A stretch of DNA of 64,000 nt from an uncultured Actinomycetota bacterium (GTDB taxonomy: Bacteria > Actinomycetota > Actinomycetes > JAHEKZ01): assembly GCA_963824605.1 (NCBI GenBank), contig CAWGPZ010000006.1, positions 321,864 to 385,863 on the forward strand, written 5' to 3'. Positions 9,315 to 19,461 of the stretch are shown here, piece after piece; within the stretch, counting starts at the first letter, position 1, and each line of letters starts with the position of its first letter. Position numbers and translations under genes: made by a program. Below the pieces are notes generated by a model, which had not been told where the DNA came from, searched no databases, and saw nothing but the letters and a program-made list of their open reading frames with translations.

Positions 9315-11074
9315 TCAGTCGGCGATGGTGCAGATGCTGGCACCCGCGCTGAGCGTCTGGCCGATCTCGGCCGACAGCGCGGTGATCGTGCCCGCCTTGT
9401 GCGCATTCAGCGGTTGCTCCATCTTCATCGCCTCGAGCACGACGACAAGCTCGCCCGCCTCGACCCGCTGGCCCTCCTCGACGGCGATCTTCACGATCGT
9501 GCCCTGCATGGGGCTGGCGAGGTCGTCGCCGGACGCGGCGGCCCCTGCGCCTCGCTTGGCTGAGCGGCGCGGAGCCGCCTTGCCACCTGAACCAGCTGCG
9601 GGAGCGCCTGCGCTGAACCCGGCCGGCAGGGTGACTTCGATGCGCTTGCCGCCGACCTCGACCGTGAGTGACTCGCGTTCGGCAGCCTCGGCAGCGACTT
9701 CTCCGCCGGCGAACGGTTCGATGGTGTTCGTGAACTCGGTCTCGATCCACCGCGTGTGCACAGCGAAGGCTGCTCGGGATCGTCGGGGGCGAACGCCGGG
9801 TCGCGCATGACGGCGCGGTGGAACGGAAGAGCGGTTGCCATGCCGTCGACCACGAACTCGTCGAGCGCACGCCGCGCTCGCTGAACCGCTTGTTGGCGCG
9901 TCGAGCCGGTCACGATCAGCTTGGCGAGCAGCGAGTCGAAGTTCTGCCCGATCACCGACCCGCGCTCGACGCCGGCATCGAGGCGTACTCCAGGACCAGA
10001 CGGCGGCTGCCAGACCGTCACCGGGCCGGGCGCGGGAAGGAAGCCTCGACCGGGGTCCTCGCCGTTGATGCGGAACTCGAAGGAGTGACCTCGGATGGCT
10101 GGGTCGTCGTACCCCAGCTCCTCGCCGTCGGCGATGCGGAACATCTCGCGCACCAGGTCGATGCCGGTCACCTCTTCGCTGACCGGGTGCTCGACCTGCA
10201 GGCGGGTGTTCACCTCGAGGAAGGAGATCGTGCCGTCTTGGCCGACGAGGAACTCACACGTGCCCGCGCCGACGTACCCTGCCTCGCGCAGGATGGCTTT
10301 GGACGCGCGATAGAGCTCGGCGTTCTGCTCATCCGACAGAAACGGAGCCGGCGCCTCCTCGACCAGCTTCTGGTGACGGCGCTGCAGTGAGCAGTCGCGG
10401 GTCGAGACGACGACGACGTTGCCGTGCTGGTCGGCAAGGCACTGGGTCTCGACGTGGCGCGGACGGTCGAGGTAGCGCTCGACGAAGCACTCGCCGCGGC
10501 CGAACGCGGTAACGGCCTCGCGAACGGCTGAGTCGTAGAGCTCGGGGATCTCCTCCAGTGTCGTGGCAACCTTGAGGCCTCGTCCGCCGCCGCCGAAGGC
10601 CGCCTTGATCGCAATGGGAAGCCCGTGCTCCTTCGCGAAGGTCACGACTTCGTCGGACCCAGCGACCGGGTCGGCGGTGCCTGCCACCTGGGGTGCGTTC
10701 ACCGCCTGCGCGATGTGGCGTGCCTGCACCTTGTCGCCGAGCGATCTGATCGCAGCGGGGGGAGGGCCGATCCAGATGAGCCCGGCGTCCATGACGGCTT
10801 GAGCGAAGTCGGCGTTCTCGGACAGGAAGCCGTAGCCGGGGTGCACGGCATCAGCACCGGACCGCGCAGCGATGTCGAGGACCTTGCCCATGTCGAGGTA
10901 GCTGGAGGCGGGACTGTCGCCGTTCAGGCTGAACGCCTCGTCGGCCGCTCGCGCATGCGGAGCATCTCGATCTGAGTCTGCATAGACGGCAACCGAGGCG
11001 ATTCCGGCGTCACGGCACGCCCTTGCCACTCGGACAGCGATCTCGCCACGGTTGGCGATCAGGACCTTGCGCAC
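9315..11074 (-). CDS. accA: Acyl-CoA carboxylase alpha subunit (biotin carboxylase plus BCCP domain), with an apparent frameshift between the domains near 9770.
   Basis: The biotin carboxylase domain ([16 protein letters not shown]...) sits in the 9491..11074 frame. The BCCP domain with the EAMKME biotinylation motif sits in the 9315..9761 frame. Junction: ...[12 protein letters not shown] / [12 protein letters not shown]. Confidence 0.8.
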
Positions 11075-11155
11075 ATCGACTCCACGTGAGGGATCTGCTC
11101 AGGGCGTCGGCGGCGGCCGGGCCCGGTTCCGGCGCAGTCTATTGAGGCTGGCCCC

Positions 11156-11770
11156 TCAACGGGGCCAGAGGGAGGGAACGCTCACGTCGAGGTCGATGAG
11201 AAGGCGGCGGAGGAGCGGCAGCGAGAGCCCGAGCACCGTGCCTGGATCCCCGTCGATTCCATCGACGAACCATCCACCGAGCCGGTCAAGGGTGAACCCA
11301 CCAGCCACCTTCAACGGCTCGCCGGTGGCGACGTATGCGTCGATCTCGGCATCGCTCGGGGAGCCGAAGCGCACCGTGGCCGAGGCGAGCGCGCTGATGC
11401 TGCGATGGCCCTGGTGGTGCCCGGTCAGCCCGATGAGGCAGTGCCCGGTGTGAAGCACGCCTTGCCGGCCGCGCATCTGCCGCCACCTGGCCACCGCCTC
11501 GTCGACGCTCTCAGGCTTGCCGAAGGCGACGCCATCGCGCTCGAGCACCGAGTCGCAGCCGAGCACCAGTGTGGACTCGACCTCGTCAGTGAGGGCAAGT
11601 CGGTCGGCAACCGCGTGGGCCTTGTGCTCGGCCAGCACGAGCGCAAGCTCGCCAGGCGGACCTGACACCGAGTCCTCATCCACTCCGCTGACGATCACCT
11701 CGGGGTCGACGCCGGCAGCCCGCAGCAGTCCCAGGCGGGCCGGCGACGCTGACGCCAGGACGAACCTCAT
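11156..11770 (-). CDS. maf: Maf-like nucleoside triphosphate pyrophosphatase.
   Basis: [21 protein letters not shown] Maf family N-terminus. Position between accA and accE/accD matches mycobacteria. Confidence 0.8.
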   Translation of the reverse strand: MRFVLASASPARLGLLRAAGVDPEVIVSGVDEDSVSGPPGELALVLAEHKAHAVADRLALTDEVESTLVLGCDSVLERDGVAFGKPESVDEAVARWRQMRGRQGVLHTGHCLIGLTGHHQGHRSISALASATVRFGSPSDAEIDAYVATGEPLKVAGGFTLDRLGGWFVDGIDGDPGTVLGLSLPLLRRLLIDLDVSVPSLWPR

Positions 11771-11782
11771 CGGCGCCGAGCC

Positions 11783-12016
11783 TCAACGAGGCAGTGTCGA
11801 CGCACGCCACGACCCCGGACCGGCACCAAGCAGTGGGCGCACCTGGCGCGAGCGTGAGGCCCAGAGCGAGCGCTTGGGTCGCGAACTGGGTGGCGAACCG
11901 GCCGCCCGCCGTGAGAGCACGGCGACGACCGCAGCGATCTCATCGGGGTCGGGGTTGCCCGAGACGATCCGCAGCGTCGGCTGGTCGGCAAGTCGGGTCA
12001 CGGTTGGCTCGGTCAC
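11783..12016 (-). CDS. accE: Acyl-CoA carboxylase epsilon subunit-like small protein (77 aa).
   Basis: GTG start overlaps the accD TGA (GTGA) at 12013-12016. [21 protein letters not shown] resembles the AccE5 core. It lies in a different frame of ORF 11783..12454. Confidence 0.45.
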   Translation of the reverse strand: MTEPTVTRLADQPTLRIVSGNPDPDEIAAVVAVLSRRAAGSPPSSRPKRSLWASRSRQVRPLLGAGPGSWRASTLPR

Positions 12017-13647
12017 AGCGGGATGTTTCCGTGCTTCTTCGGCGGCCGGTTGGCCCGCTTGGTGCGCAGCATCCGCAGCGCTCGCATCACGTTGACACGC
12101 GTCGCCGATGGCTCGATGACGGCATCGATGTAGCCGCGTTCGGCGGCGAGGTACGGGTTGAGCAGCGTGTCCTCGTAGCTCTCGATGAGCTGGGCCCTGG
12201 TGGCGTCGAGGTCGCCCCGCTCGGTCGCGGCCACGATCTCCTTGCGGTGCAAGATGTTGACGGCGCCCTGTGCTCCCATGACGGCGATCTGGGCGGTGGG
12301 CCAGGCGAGGTTGATGTCGGCACCGAGATGCTTCGATCCCATGACGTCGTACGCGCCGCCGTACGCCTTGCGGGTGATGATGGTGACGAGCGGAACGGTC
12401 GCTTCGGCGTAGGCGTAGATGAGTTTGGCTCCGCGCCGAATGATGCCGCCCCACTCCTGGTCGGCACCGGGAAGGAAGCCGGGAACGTCGACGAGCGTGA
12501 GCACCGGGACGTTGAAGGCGTCGCAGGTGCGGACGAACCGCGCGGCCTTCTCGGACGCGTCGATGTCGAGGGTGCCGGCGAACTGCATGGGCTGGTTGGC
12601 CACGACACCGATCGAACGACCCTCCACGCGGCCGAAGCCGGTGAGGATGTTGGGGGCGAAGAGCGGCTGCACCTCGAGGAAGTCGCCCTCGTCGACGATC
12701 GACTCGATCACCCGGTGCATGTCGTAGGGCTGGTTCGCGGAGTCGGGAATCAGCTCGTCGAGTGCGAGGTCGTCAGGGGCCACCTCGTCGACGACGACAG
12801 CGTCGTACGCAGGTGGCTCGTCGAGGTTGTTGCTCGGCAGGAACGAGAGAAGCTGCTGCGTCAGCTCGAGGGCCTCTTGCTCACTGGCCGCCATGAAGTG
12901 CGCGACGCCGCTCTTGGCCTGGTGTGACCGCGCTCCGCCGAGCTCCTCGAACTCGACGTCCTCTCCGGTCACCGTCTTGATGACTTCGGGCCCGGTGATG
13001 AACATGTGCGAGGTCTTGTCGACCATGACGATGAAGTCGGTGATGGCTGGTGAGTAGACGGCGCCCCCGGCGCACGGGCCCATGATCAGCGAGATCTGTG
13101 GGATCACTCCGGAGGCCTGCACGTTGCGGTAGAAGATCTCGCCGTACTGCGCCAGTGAGGCGACGCCCTCTTGGATCCGCGCCCCACCGGAGTCGTTGAT
13201 CCCCACGATGGGCGCACCGGTCTTGAGGGCCATGTCCATGACCTTGACGATCTTCTCGCCGAAGACTTCACCGAGGGATCCCCCGAAGACGGTGAAATCT
13301 TGGGCAAATACGAATACTTGCCGACCGTCGACGGTGCCGTAGCCGGTCACGACCCCGTCGCCGTAGGGCCGCTTGTCCTGAAGACCGAAGTTGTGGGAAC
13401 GGTGCCGGGCCAGCTCGTCGAGCTCGATGAAGGAACCATCGTCGAGGAAGGCCTCGACGCGTTCACGAGCGGTCAGCTTGCCGCGCTTGTGCTGGGCCTC
13501 TACGGCACGTTCTGAGCCGGCGTGAACGGCTTCGTCGACCTTGTGGCGAAGCTGAGCGAGTTTGCCGGCAGTGGTGTGGAGATCGACCTCCTGCTGCCCC
13601 GTCAGCGGTTCAGGTGCCGAGTCACTGGGTGGTGCGGCCATGCTCAC
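12013..13647 (-). CDS. accD: Acyl-CoA carboxylase carboxyltransferase beta subunit (AccD5/PccB-like).
   Basis: 544-aa ORF with carboxyltransferase N and C domains and a conserved [16 protein letters not shown] region. Confidence 0.85.
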   Translation of the reverse strand: MSMAAPPSDSAPEPLTGQQEVDLHTTAGKLAQLRHKVDEAVHAGSERAVEAQHKRGKLTARERVEAFLDDGSFIELDELARHRSHNFGLQDKRPYGDGVVTGYGTVDGRQVFVFAQDFTVFGGSLGEVFGEKIVKVMDMALKTGAPIVGINDSGGARIQEGVASLAQYGEIFYRNVQASGVIPQISLIMGPCAGGAVYSPAITDFIVMVDKTSHMFITGPEVIKTVTGEDVEFEELGGARSHQAKSGVAHFMAASEQEALELTQQLLSFLPSNNLDEPPAYDAVVVDEVAPDDLALDELIPDSANQPYDMHRVIESIVDEGDFLEVQPLFAPNILTGFGRVEGRSIGVVANQPMQFAGTLDIDASEKAARFVRTCDAFNVPVLTLVDVPGFLPGADQEWGGIIRRGAKLIYAYAEATVPLVTIITRKAYGGAYDVMGSKHLGADINLAWPTAQIAVMGAQGAVNILHRKEIVAATERGDLDATRAQLIESYEDTLLNPYLAAERGYIDAVIEPSATRVNVMRALRMLRTKRANRPPKKHGNIPL

Positions 13648-13779
13648 TCCGGCTCACGAGTCGATGTCGGTCAGGTGGCGGCCAGCGTAGCGACGCGGCC
13701 CACCCGTGGGGGAGTGGGTGCTCAAGTAGGTTCAGCGGTCTGGTCGCGATGCCGATGTCGTAGACGGGAGAATGGGCGG

Positions 13780-15450
13780 ATGGTGGGGCAGGTGGGCGAC
13801 GATGCCGCTCGCGGCGTCGCGCGACAATCACGCGCGCGCAGCGAGGCACGACTGCGTGCGCTCAGCGATGTCGGTCGAGCCGGAGTCGGCCTGCCCAAGC
13901 AGCAGGCGACCAGGCACATCGTGCTGGCCGCCATGCGAGCCAGCGAGGCCGACTCGGCTTCGCTGGGAGTGTGGATGCCTGAGCGCCAGGTCTTGCGGGC
14001 TGTGCTCAACGTGGGTGACCTCGCCCCCTGGGAGGACGAGGAGCCCGAGGACGAGGTCTACGAGGCAGACCAGAGCACCTGGCTGGCAGGTATGGCGGAC
14101 GGGGCCCTTGGAGCAGTTCTCAGCCTCGAGAACCCCGCGATCAGCGACGACGACCGCCTGTATCTCCATGAGCTCGGGAAGGAGAGCTCGATCAGCGTTC
14201 CTCTGCTCTACGCCGGTGAGTGGTGGGGCGAGCTGTTCGTTGCCAGGAGCGCCGCCCGCCCTTCCTTCGTCGAGGCGGACCTCGACTGGGTCTCGGCCGT
14301 GGCGGCCCAGGTGAGTGCCGCGCTCGAAAGCGTCGATCACGCTGCCAGTGTCGAGCAGCTCGCCCAGACCGACTCGATGACTGGCCTTGCCAACCGCCGC
14401 GCACTCGACCGCTGGCTCGACGACGCCATGGTTCAGTGGCGCGATCATCACGTGCCGATCGGGCTGGCGGTGATCGACCTCAACGGGTTGAAGCGGATCA
14501 ACGATGACCAGGGCCACGATGCGGGCGACCGGGTGCTCCGGCAGCTCGCGCACATCCTGTTCGACGCGTCCCGGGGATTTCAGCACTCCATGACGGCCCG
14601 CCTGGGCGGAGACGAGTTCTGCGTCGCGGTGAGCGGCCAGGACGCCGATGAGCTGGTGGACGTAGCAGCTGTGGCGTGTCAGTCCGGTTGGGACCTTCTT
14701 CCGCACGGACTCGCGTGCGGCGTGGTGGTGACCAGCGACGCCGTTGGCCCCGTCGAGCAACCAGCTCGTCTGCTGCGACTGGCCGACGCCGCCCAGTATC
14801 GCGCCAAGCGACTGCATTCCCGGATCCCCGTCGTCTCCGGCCTGCCGTTGCCTGAAGAGCTTGCCGTGTCGCTGACCGACGAGGAGGAGGAGGAGGCGGT
14901 GGTCTCCGACCGGCGCCTGTTTCGCGGGCGTGACGTCGCCAGTCTGGGGCAGCTCACCGATGGGGCGCTCAGAGCGCTCGACCAGGCCAACGAGGAGGCA
15001 CCCCGCAGCAGACTGGGGATGGTCGCCGACCTCTTCACCCATCACGTCGACGGACTCGGGTGGTGGCTGTCGCTGCAGACACGGGGGGCCGATTCGCTGC
15101 GCACGGTCGACTTCTCGCTCTACCGGCGTCCGCCCGGACTGGAGGCCGAGGAGGTGGGTATCGAGGCCAGCGGTGAGTTCGCTCTCGTCAACTATCCGGA
15201 GACCAGGCAGGCGTTGGCTGGGGGCGGCTACTTCGTGACGACCAGCGATATCACGGCAGATCCGGCCGAGCTCGCCATCCTGGACGGCATGGGGGCCACG
15301 GCAGTGGTAGCAGCCGGCGGCATCGACGAGTACGGGGACCGGTGGTTGATCGAGGTCTTCATGGATTCGCTCAGCTCATCGCCCCAAGAGCTTGCCGGCG
15401 TCCTTCGACTGATCGTGTTGGCCGCCCTGCATCCGGTGAGGGCCGACTAG
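13780..15450 (+). CDS. Diguanylate cyclase with GAF-like N-terminal domain, GGDEF domain and a ~190-aa C-terminal domain (paralogue 1).
   Basis: TDSMTGLANRRALD, VIDLNGLKRINDDQGHDAGDRVL and RLGGDEFCVAV motifs. Start trimmed to ATG 13780 (GGGAG SD 11 nt upstream), because the upstream part of the ORF overlaps accD. Confidence 0.75.
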   Translation: MVGQVGDDAARGVARQSRARSEARLRALSDVGRAGVGLPKQQATRHIVLAAMRASEADSASLGVWMPERQVLRAVLNVGDLAPWEDEEPEDEVYEADQSTWLAGMADGALGAVLSLENPAISDDDRLYLHELGKESSISVPLLYAGEWWGELFVARSAARPSFVEADLDWVSAVAAQVSAALESVDHAASVEQLAQTDSMTGLANRRALDRWLDDAMVQWRDHHVPIGLAVIDLNGLKRINDDQGHDAGDRVLRQLAHILFDASRGFQHSMTARLGGDEFCVAVSGQDADELVDVAAVACQSGWDLLPHGLACGVVVTSDAVGPVEQPARLLRLADAAQYRAKRLHSRIPVVSGLPLPEELAVSLTDEEEEEAVVSDRRLFRGRDVASLGQLTDGALRALDQANEEAPRSRLGMVADLFTHHVDGLGWWLSLQTRGADSLRTVDFSLYRRPPGLEAEEVGIEASGEFALVNYPETRQALAGGGYFVTTSDITADPAELAILDGMGATAVVAAGGIDEYGDRWLIEVFMDSLSSSPQELAGVLRLIVLAALHPVRAD

Positions 15451-15585
15451 CGGCCTCGAACCGCGGTCACAGATCCCCAGGAGGTGCAGGGGTGTGCGGC
15501 ATCAGGCCCTCAGCATGGCTGGTCCTGATCACCTGAGGCACCGGTGAGGTCCCTGAGCCCCGGTGGGCTCCTTGGGCTGGCTTCA

Positions 15586-15628
15586 ATCGTGACGGCCCGG
15601 GCCCCTATATCGTGACGGTCCGGGCCCC
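15586..15628 (+). promoter_or_regulatory. Tandem direct repeat, ATCGTGACGG(C/T)CCGGGCCCC twice, lying 55 bp upstream of GGDEF paralogue 2.
   Basis: Two 20-nt copies at 15586-15605 and 15609-15628 with one mismatch. They sit in the 234-bp intergenic region. Confidence 0.3.
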
Positions 15629-15683
15629 GCTGCCCTCAAGGAGTACCGACCGTGGGGCCGATAGAACCGGGAAGGAGGCATTG

Positions 15684-17336
15684 ATGACCGTCGGCCATGA
15701 GCCACGCCTTGGCCCGGCGCGCCGCGAGCATGTCGCGACGCGTCTCGGCGCACTGGCCGAAATCGCCAGGGCCGCATGGGCCGGCAGCCAGCAGGATCTG
15801 CTCCGAGCAGCTGCCACCTCGGCGGCTGAGGCTCTCGGGGCTTCGTCGGTGTCCATCTCGCGATGGGACGCCGAGGTCGGCCAGCTACAGGTGCTGCTGA
15901 ACCAAGGCCATCTGGGCCCGCACGAAGTGGCCGAACCGATCGATGAGATCTACACCGAGGATATTTCTGAGCATCTCAGCGTCATGGCGGAGAAGCTGGC
16001 CGGATGGTCGGCCAACGTCGATGACGTGCAACCGGACGACGTTGATCTCGCGCTCCTGAGGGTGCTGGACAAGCACTGCGCGATTGGCGCCCCCATTCCC
16101 ATGGACGGGCTGGTCTGGGGCGAGCTCTTCGTGACACGAACCGCTGATCAACCCTGCTTTGAGGACGAAGATGTTGATCTCGCGCTCGTGGTCGCCGCGC
16201 AGATTGGCGCCGCCTTGGCGACCGCGGAGCACCTCGACAACGTCGATCGGATGGCCCACACCGACCAGCTGACCGGTATCGGCAACCGTCGAGCTGTCGA
16301 CGAGAGCCTCGACATCGCCTTCAGCCGCCACCGATCCGATGGAGTATCAGTCGGCCTCGTCGTGTGTGACCTCAACGGACTCAAACGGATCAACGACGAC
16401 CAGGGCCATGAAGCCGGTGACCGCGCCCTCGTTCGCTTCGCGACGATGCTCAGCGCCGTGGCCGCGACTATGCCGGGAGCGATAGCCGCGCGGCTTGGGG
16501 GCGACGAGTTCTGCATCGTTGCCTCTGGGGTGTCTGCCGATGACGTCGTCGAAGCCGCTCGCGAGCTGTGCCGCATGGTTCTGCGCTCTCCCCTGGAGGG
16601 GGTGTCGTGCGGTGTCGCCTCCACCGAGGACGACGTCGGTGATGTAGAAACCGCCGGCCGGCTGTTCCGGCTCGCAGATGCGGCGCAGTACCGCGCCAAA
16701 CGCAGTCGCGCCACCGTCCCGATCGTGGCGGGCCGTGGGGTGCCCGCGAGCCTGTCCACGCAGCACGGTGCGGAGGCGGCCATCGCCGCCGGGGAGCGCC
16801 GGATGTTCCGCGGGCGCGATCTGTCGGACACGGCCCGGCTGCTCCGCGCAGGGGTGTCGGCGCTGGACGATGCGCGAACTCTGGGAGTTGAGGAGCGCCT
16901 TGTTCTGGTGGCTGAGCGAGTTGCCGAGCAGTGCAATCCCCTGGGGTGGTGGCTCTCACGGGCCGACATGGGCAAAGGGGTTGTCCGAACGGCCCGTCGC
17001 GCGATCTACCGGGATCCTTCCCGGCCCGGCGAGGAGATCACCTCTGACATCGGCAACGAGTACGCCTTGTCCGACTACCCACCGACAGCCCATGCCCTTG
17101 CTGGCCACGTGGTGTCGCTCCAGGCGAGTGATCCCAATACCGACCCCGCTGAGCTGGCAATGCTGGACGGCATCGGCGCGACCACCATGCTGATGGCCGG
17201 TATCACCGACCCCAAGGGGCAGGCATGGTTGTTGGAGATCATCGGTGACGCGATGAGCGCGCCGATGGTCGACTACGAGCTGTCTCTGCGCGCCCTGATG
17301 GGACTCGCGGCCATCGAGGCGAACGCGAGTAGGTGA
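15684..17336 (+). CDS. Diguanylate cyclase with GAF-like N-terminal domain, GGDEF domain and C-terminal domain (paralogue 2).
   Basis: TDQLTGIGNRRAVD, VCDLNGLKRINDDQGHEAGDRAL and RLGGDEFCIVA motifs. Collinear with paralogue 1. ATG 15684 is preceded by a GGAAGGAGG SD. Confidence 0.75.
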   Translation: MTVGHEPRLGPARREHVATRLGALAEIARAAWAGSQQDLLRAAATSAAEALGASSVSISRWDAEVGQLQVLLNQGHLGPHEVAEPIDEIYTEDISEHLSVMAEKLAGWSANVDDVQPDDVDLALLRVLDKHCAIGAPIPMDGLVWGELFVTRTADQPCFEDEDVDLALVVAAQIGAALATAEHLDNVDRMAHTDQLTGIGNRRAVDESLDIAFSRHRSDGVSVGLVVCDLNGLKRINDDQGHEAGDRALVRFATMLSAVAATMPGAIAARLGGDEFCIVASGVSADDVVEAARELCRMVLRSPLEGVSCGVASTEDDVGDVETAGRLFRLADAAQYRAKRSRATVPIVAGRGVPASLSTQHGAEAAIAAGERRMFRGRDLSDTARLLRAGVSALDDARTLGVEERLVLVAERVAEQCNPLGWWLSRADMGKGVVRTARRAIYRDPSRPGEEITSDIGNEYALSDYPPTAHALAGHVVSLQASDPNTDPAELAMLDGIGATTMLMAGITDPKGQAWLLEIIGDAMSAPMVDYELSLRALMGLAAIEANASR

Positions 17337-17396
17337 CCCTGCTTCTGGACCGCCCGCGCACACCAGGCTGGGAGTCGCGGTCACTACGGTGGACCG

Positions 17397-18215
17397 ATGG
17401 CAGCCAGTCGCACACCGGATCGGTCTCCTCGAGTGCCTCTGGACGCCGAGCGGCTGCGCGCGCAGGTGCTGACGCCGGGCAGCCTCTGGTCGGGGTTGAC
17501 CGTTCTTTCCTCCATCGGATCCACCAATGTGGAGATGGCCGATCGTGCGCGTGGTGGCGCGCCCCACGGAGGGGTACTGGTCGCCGAGGAACAGACCGCG
17601 GGACGAGGGCGACGCGACCGGGGCTGGTCCGCTCCCACGTTCTCATCAGCGATGCTGAGCGTCGTGGTGCGGCCCCCACCGCCTTCGTCGCGGTGGGGAT
17701 GGATCCCGCTGCTCACCGGACTGTCGGTGGTCGATGCCGTTGCTGTGCATGGCGTGACGGCCGCCCTCAAGTGGCCGAACGATGTGATGGTGGGTGGTCG
17801 AAAACTGTGCGGAGTGCTCTGCGAAGTCGTACCGACCCCCACGGGCAGTGCGGTGGTCGCTGGGTGGGGAGTGAACGTCGATCAGGAGGCGGGAGAGCTG
17901 CCGGTCGAGGCCGCGACGTCGGTGCTTCTTGCTGGGGGATCCGTCGACCGCTCGGCGCTGGTGGTGGAGATGCTTGCTGCATGGGAGCGGTGGTACCGCC
18001 GATGGGAGCGCGGAGAAGCGGTGGTCTCGGAGACCTACGCCGAGTACTCGAGCACGCTCGGGCAAGCAGTGCGTGCGCACCTGCCCGATGGGGGACAGAT
18101 CGAAGGGCTCGCCTCAGGCATCAGTGACAGCGGGGGTTTGGTGATCGACGTCGATGGACGCGAACGCGAGGTGGCCGCCGCCGATGTCGTTCACCTTCGC
18201 CCCGCATCTCCCTGA
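17397..18215 (+). CDS. birA: Biotin--[acetyl-CoA-carboxylase] ligase.
   Basis: GRGRRDRGW and KWPNDVMVGGRKLCGVL motifs. No N-terminal HTH. Neighbours the acc genes. Confidence 0.8.
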   Translation: MAASRTPDRSPRVPLDAERLRAQVLTPGSLWSGLTVLSSIGSTNVEMADRARGGAPHGGVLVAEEQTAGRGRRDRGWSAPTFSSAMLSVVVRPPPPSSRWGWIPLLTGLSVVDAVAVHGVTAALKWPNDVMVGGRKLCGVLCEVVPTPTGSAVVAGWGVNVDQEAGELPVEAATSVLLAGGSVDRSALVVEMLAAWERWYRRWERGEAVVSETYAEYSSTLGQAVRAHLPDGGQIEGLASGISDSGGLVIDVDGREREVAAADVVHLRPASP

Positions 18216-18247
18216 CCCGGCGCTCTTGGGCTCATCTTTCTGGCACC

Positions 18248-18763
18248 ATGCTGCCTATGGCCTACCCCGACAAGCTGTTGACCGATGGTGAAACGGTCGT
18301 CTACGACATGCGTCCGCACTGGCGGGTTCTCTTCATTCCGGCCGTTGCACTGGTGCTCTTGGTGTTCGGCACGGTCTTCTTGTCGGCCCAGGTCCCCGAG
18401 GGGTGGAACTGGGCCAGCTGGGTGGTGCTCGGTGGTGCAGCTGTCGTGTTTGTCGTGTGGGTGGTCAAGCCCGTGATCCAGTGGGCGACCTCTCAGTACG
18501 TCCTGACCAACCGCCGAGTCATCATCAGGTCCGGGGTGGTGGCTCGTCAGGGGAGAGACATGCCACTTGCCCGCGTCAACGATGTGCATTTCAACTACGG
18601 CGTGATCGATCGGATGCTTGGCTGCGGAGACCTGATCGTGGAGTCAGCCGGAGAGACCGGGCGCCTGTTGATCTCGGCGGTACCCGACGTCGAACTGATC
18701 CAGCGCGAGATCTTCCGTCTTCATGAGGAGGACGACCGGCGACGCCGGCAGGAGGGCGACTGA
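18248..18763 (+). CDS. Membrane protein with a bacterial PH domain (YdbS/DUF304-like).
   Basis: Two N-terminal TM helices followed by a YVLTNRRVIIRSGVVARQGRDMPLARVNDV PH-like domain. Confidence 0.65.
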   Translation: MLPMAYPDKLLTDGETVVYDMRPHWRVLFIPAVALVLLVFGTVFLSAQVPEGWNWASWVVLGGAAVVFVVWVVKPVIQWATSQYVLTNRRVIIRSGVVARQGRDMPLARVNDVHFNYGVIDRMLGCGDLIVESAGETGRLLISAVPDVELIQREIFRLHEEDDRRRRQEGD

Positions 18764-18787
18764 ACGCGCGGCGTCTACGATCTGCAC

Positions 18788-19459
18788 GTGACCATCGTGC
18801 TGTTGGCTGAAGACGACGACGCCATCAGCGAGCCGCTTTCCCGGGCTTTGCGGCGGCAGGGGTACGACGTCGAGGTCGCTGAAACGGGTGCGGAGGCGTT
18901 GAAAGGAGCGCGGGGCAGTGACCTGCTCCTGCTCGATCTGGGTCTGCCGGGCCTCGATGGGCTCGATGTCTGCCGCGCGCTTCGGGCCGAGGGGTCCCCC
19001 ATCCCGGTCCTGATGCTGACTGCCCGCACGTCCGAGATCGACGCAATCGTCGGTCTCGATGCGGGGGCCGACGACTACGTGGCCAAACCGTTCCGCACCG
19101 CTGAGCTGATGGCGCGCATCCGAGCGTTGCTGAGGCGTGGTCAGGGTGAGTCGGAGGTTCTCTACGGTCAAGACCTGCGCATCGACGTGGGGGCGCGACA
19201 GGTCTGGCAAGGAGAGCGTGCGGTGGATCTATCGAGTCGGCAGTTCGAGCTGCTGGCCTACCTGGTGCGCCGACAGGGTGACGTTGTCGGCCGTGAAGAA
19301 CTGATGCGTCGGGTGTGGCAAACCACCTGGATCGGGTCGACCAAGACCGTGGACATGCATGTCTCATGGTTGCGTCGTGCTCTGGGCGATGGTGGCGCCT
19401 CAGCGTCGCGCTACATCGCCACCGTCCGTGGTGTCGGCTTCCGTTTCGAGGAAGGTTGA
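18788..19459 (+). CDS. OmpR-family response regulator.
   Basis: Receiver domain (LLAEDDD...LLLLDLGLPGLDG...MLTAR) plus winged-helix output (TVRGVGFRF). Confidence 0.85.
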   Translation: MTIVLLAEDDDAISEPLSRALRRQGYDVEVAETGAEALKGARGSDLLLLDLGLPGLDGLDVCRALRAEGSPIPVLMLTARTSEIDAIVGLDAGADDYVAKPFRTAELMARIRALLRRGQGESEVLYGQDLRIDVGARQVWQGERAVDLSSRQFELLAYLVRRQGDVVGREELMRRVWQTTWIGSTKTVDMHVSWLRRALGDGGASASRYIATVRGVGFRFEEG

Positions 19460-19461
19460 TC

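Noticed and set aside
14865-14890. GAG-repeat tract (GAGGAGGAGGAGGAGGCG)
   Set aside because: It simply encodes a poly-Glu linker (EEEEE) inside GGDEF paralogue 1. Not a regulatory or repeat element.
13828-15045. 405-aa minus-strand ORF antisense to GGDEF paralogue 1
   Set aside because: No motifs, and the strong GGDEF signature is on the plus strand. Similar antisense ORFs at 15885-16975 were rejected for the same reason.
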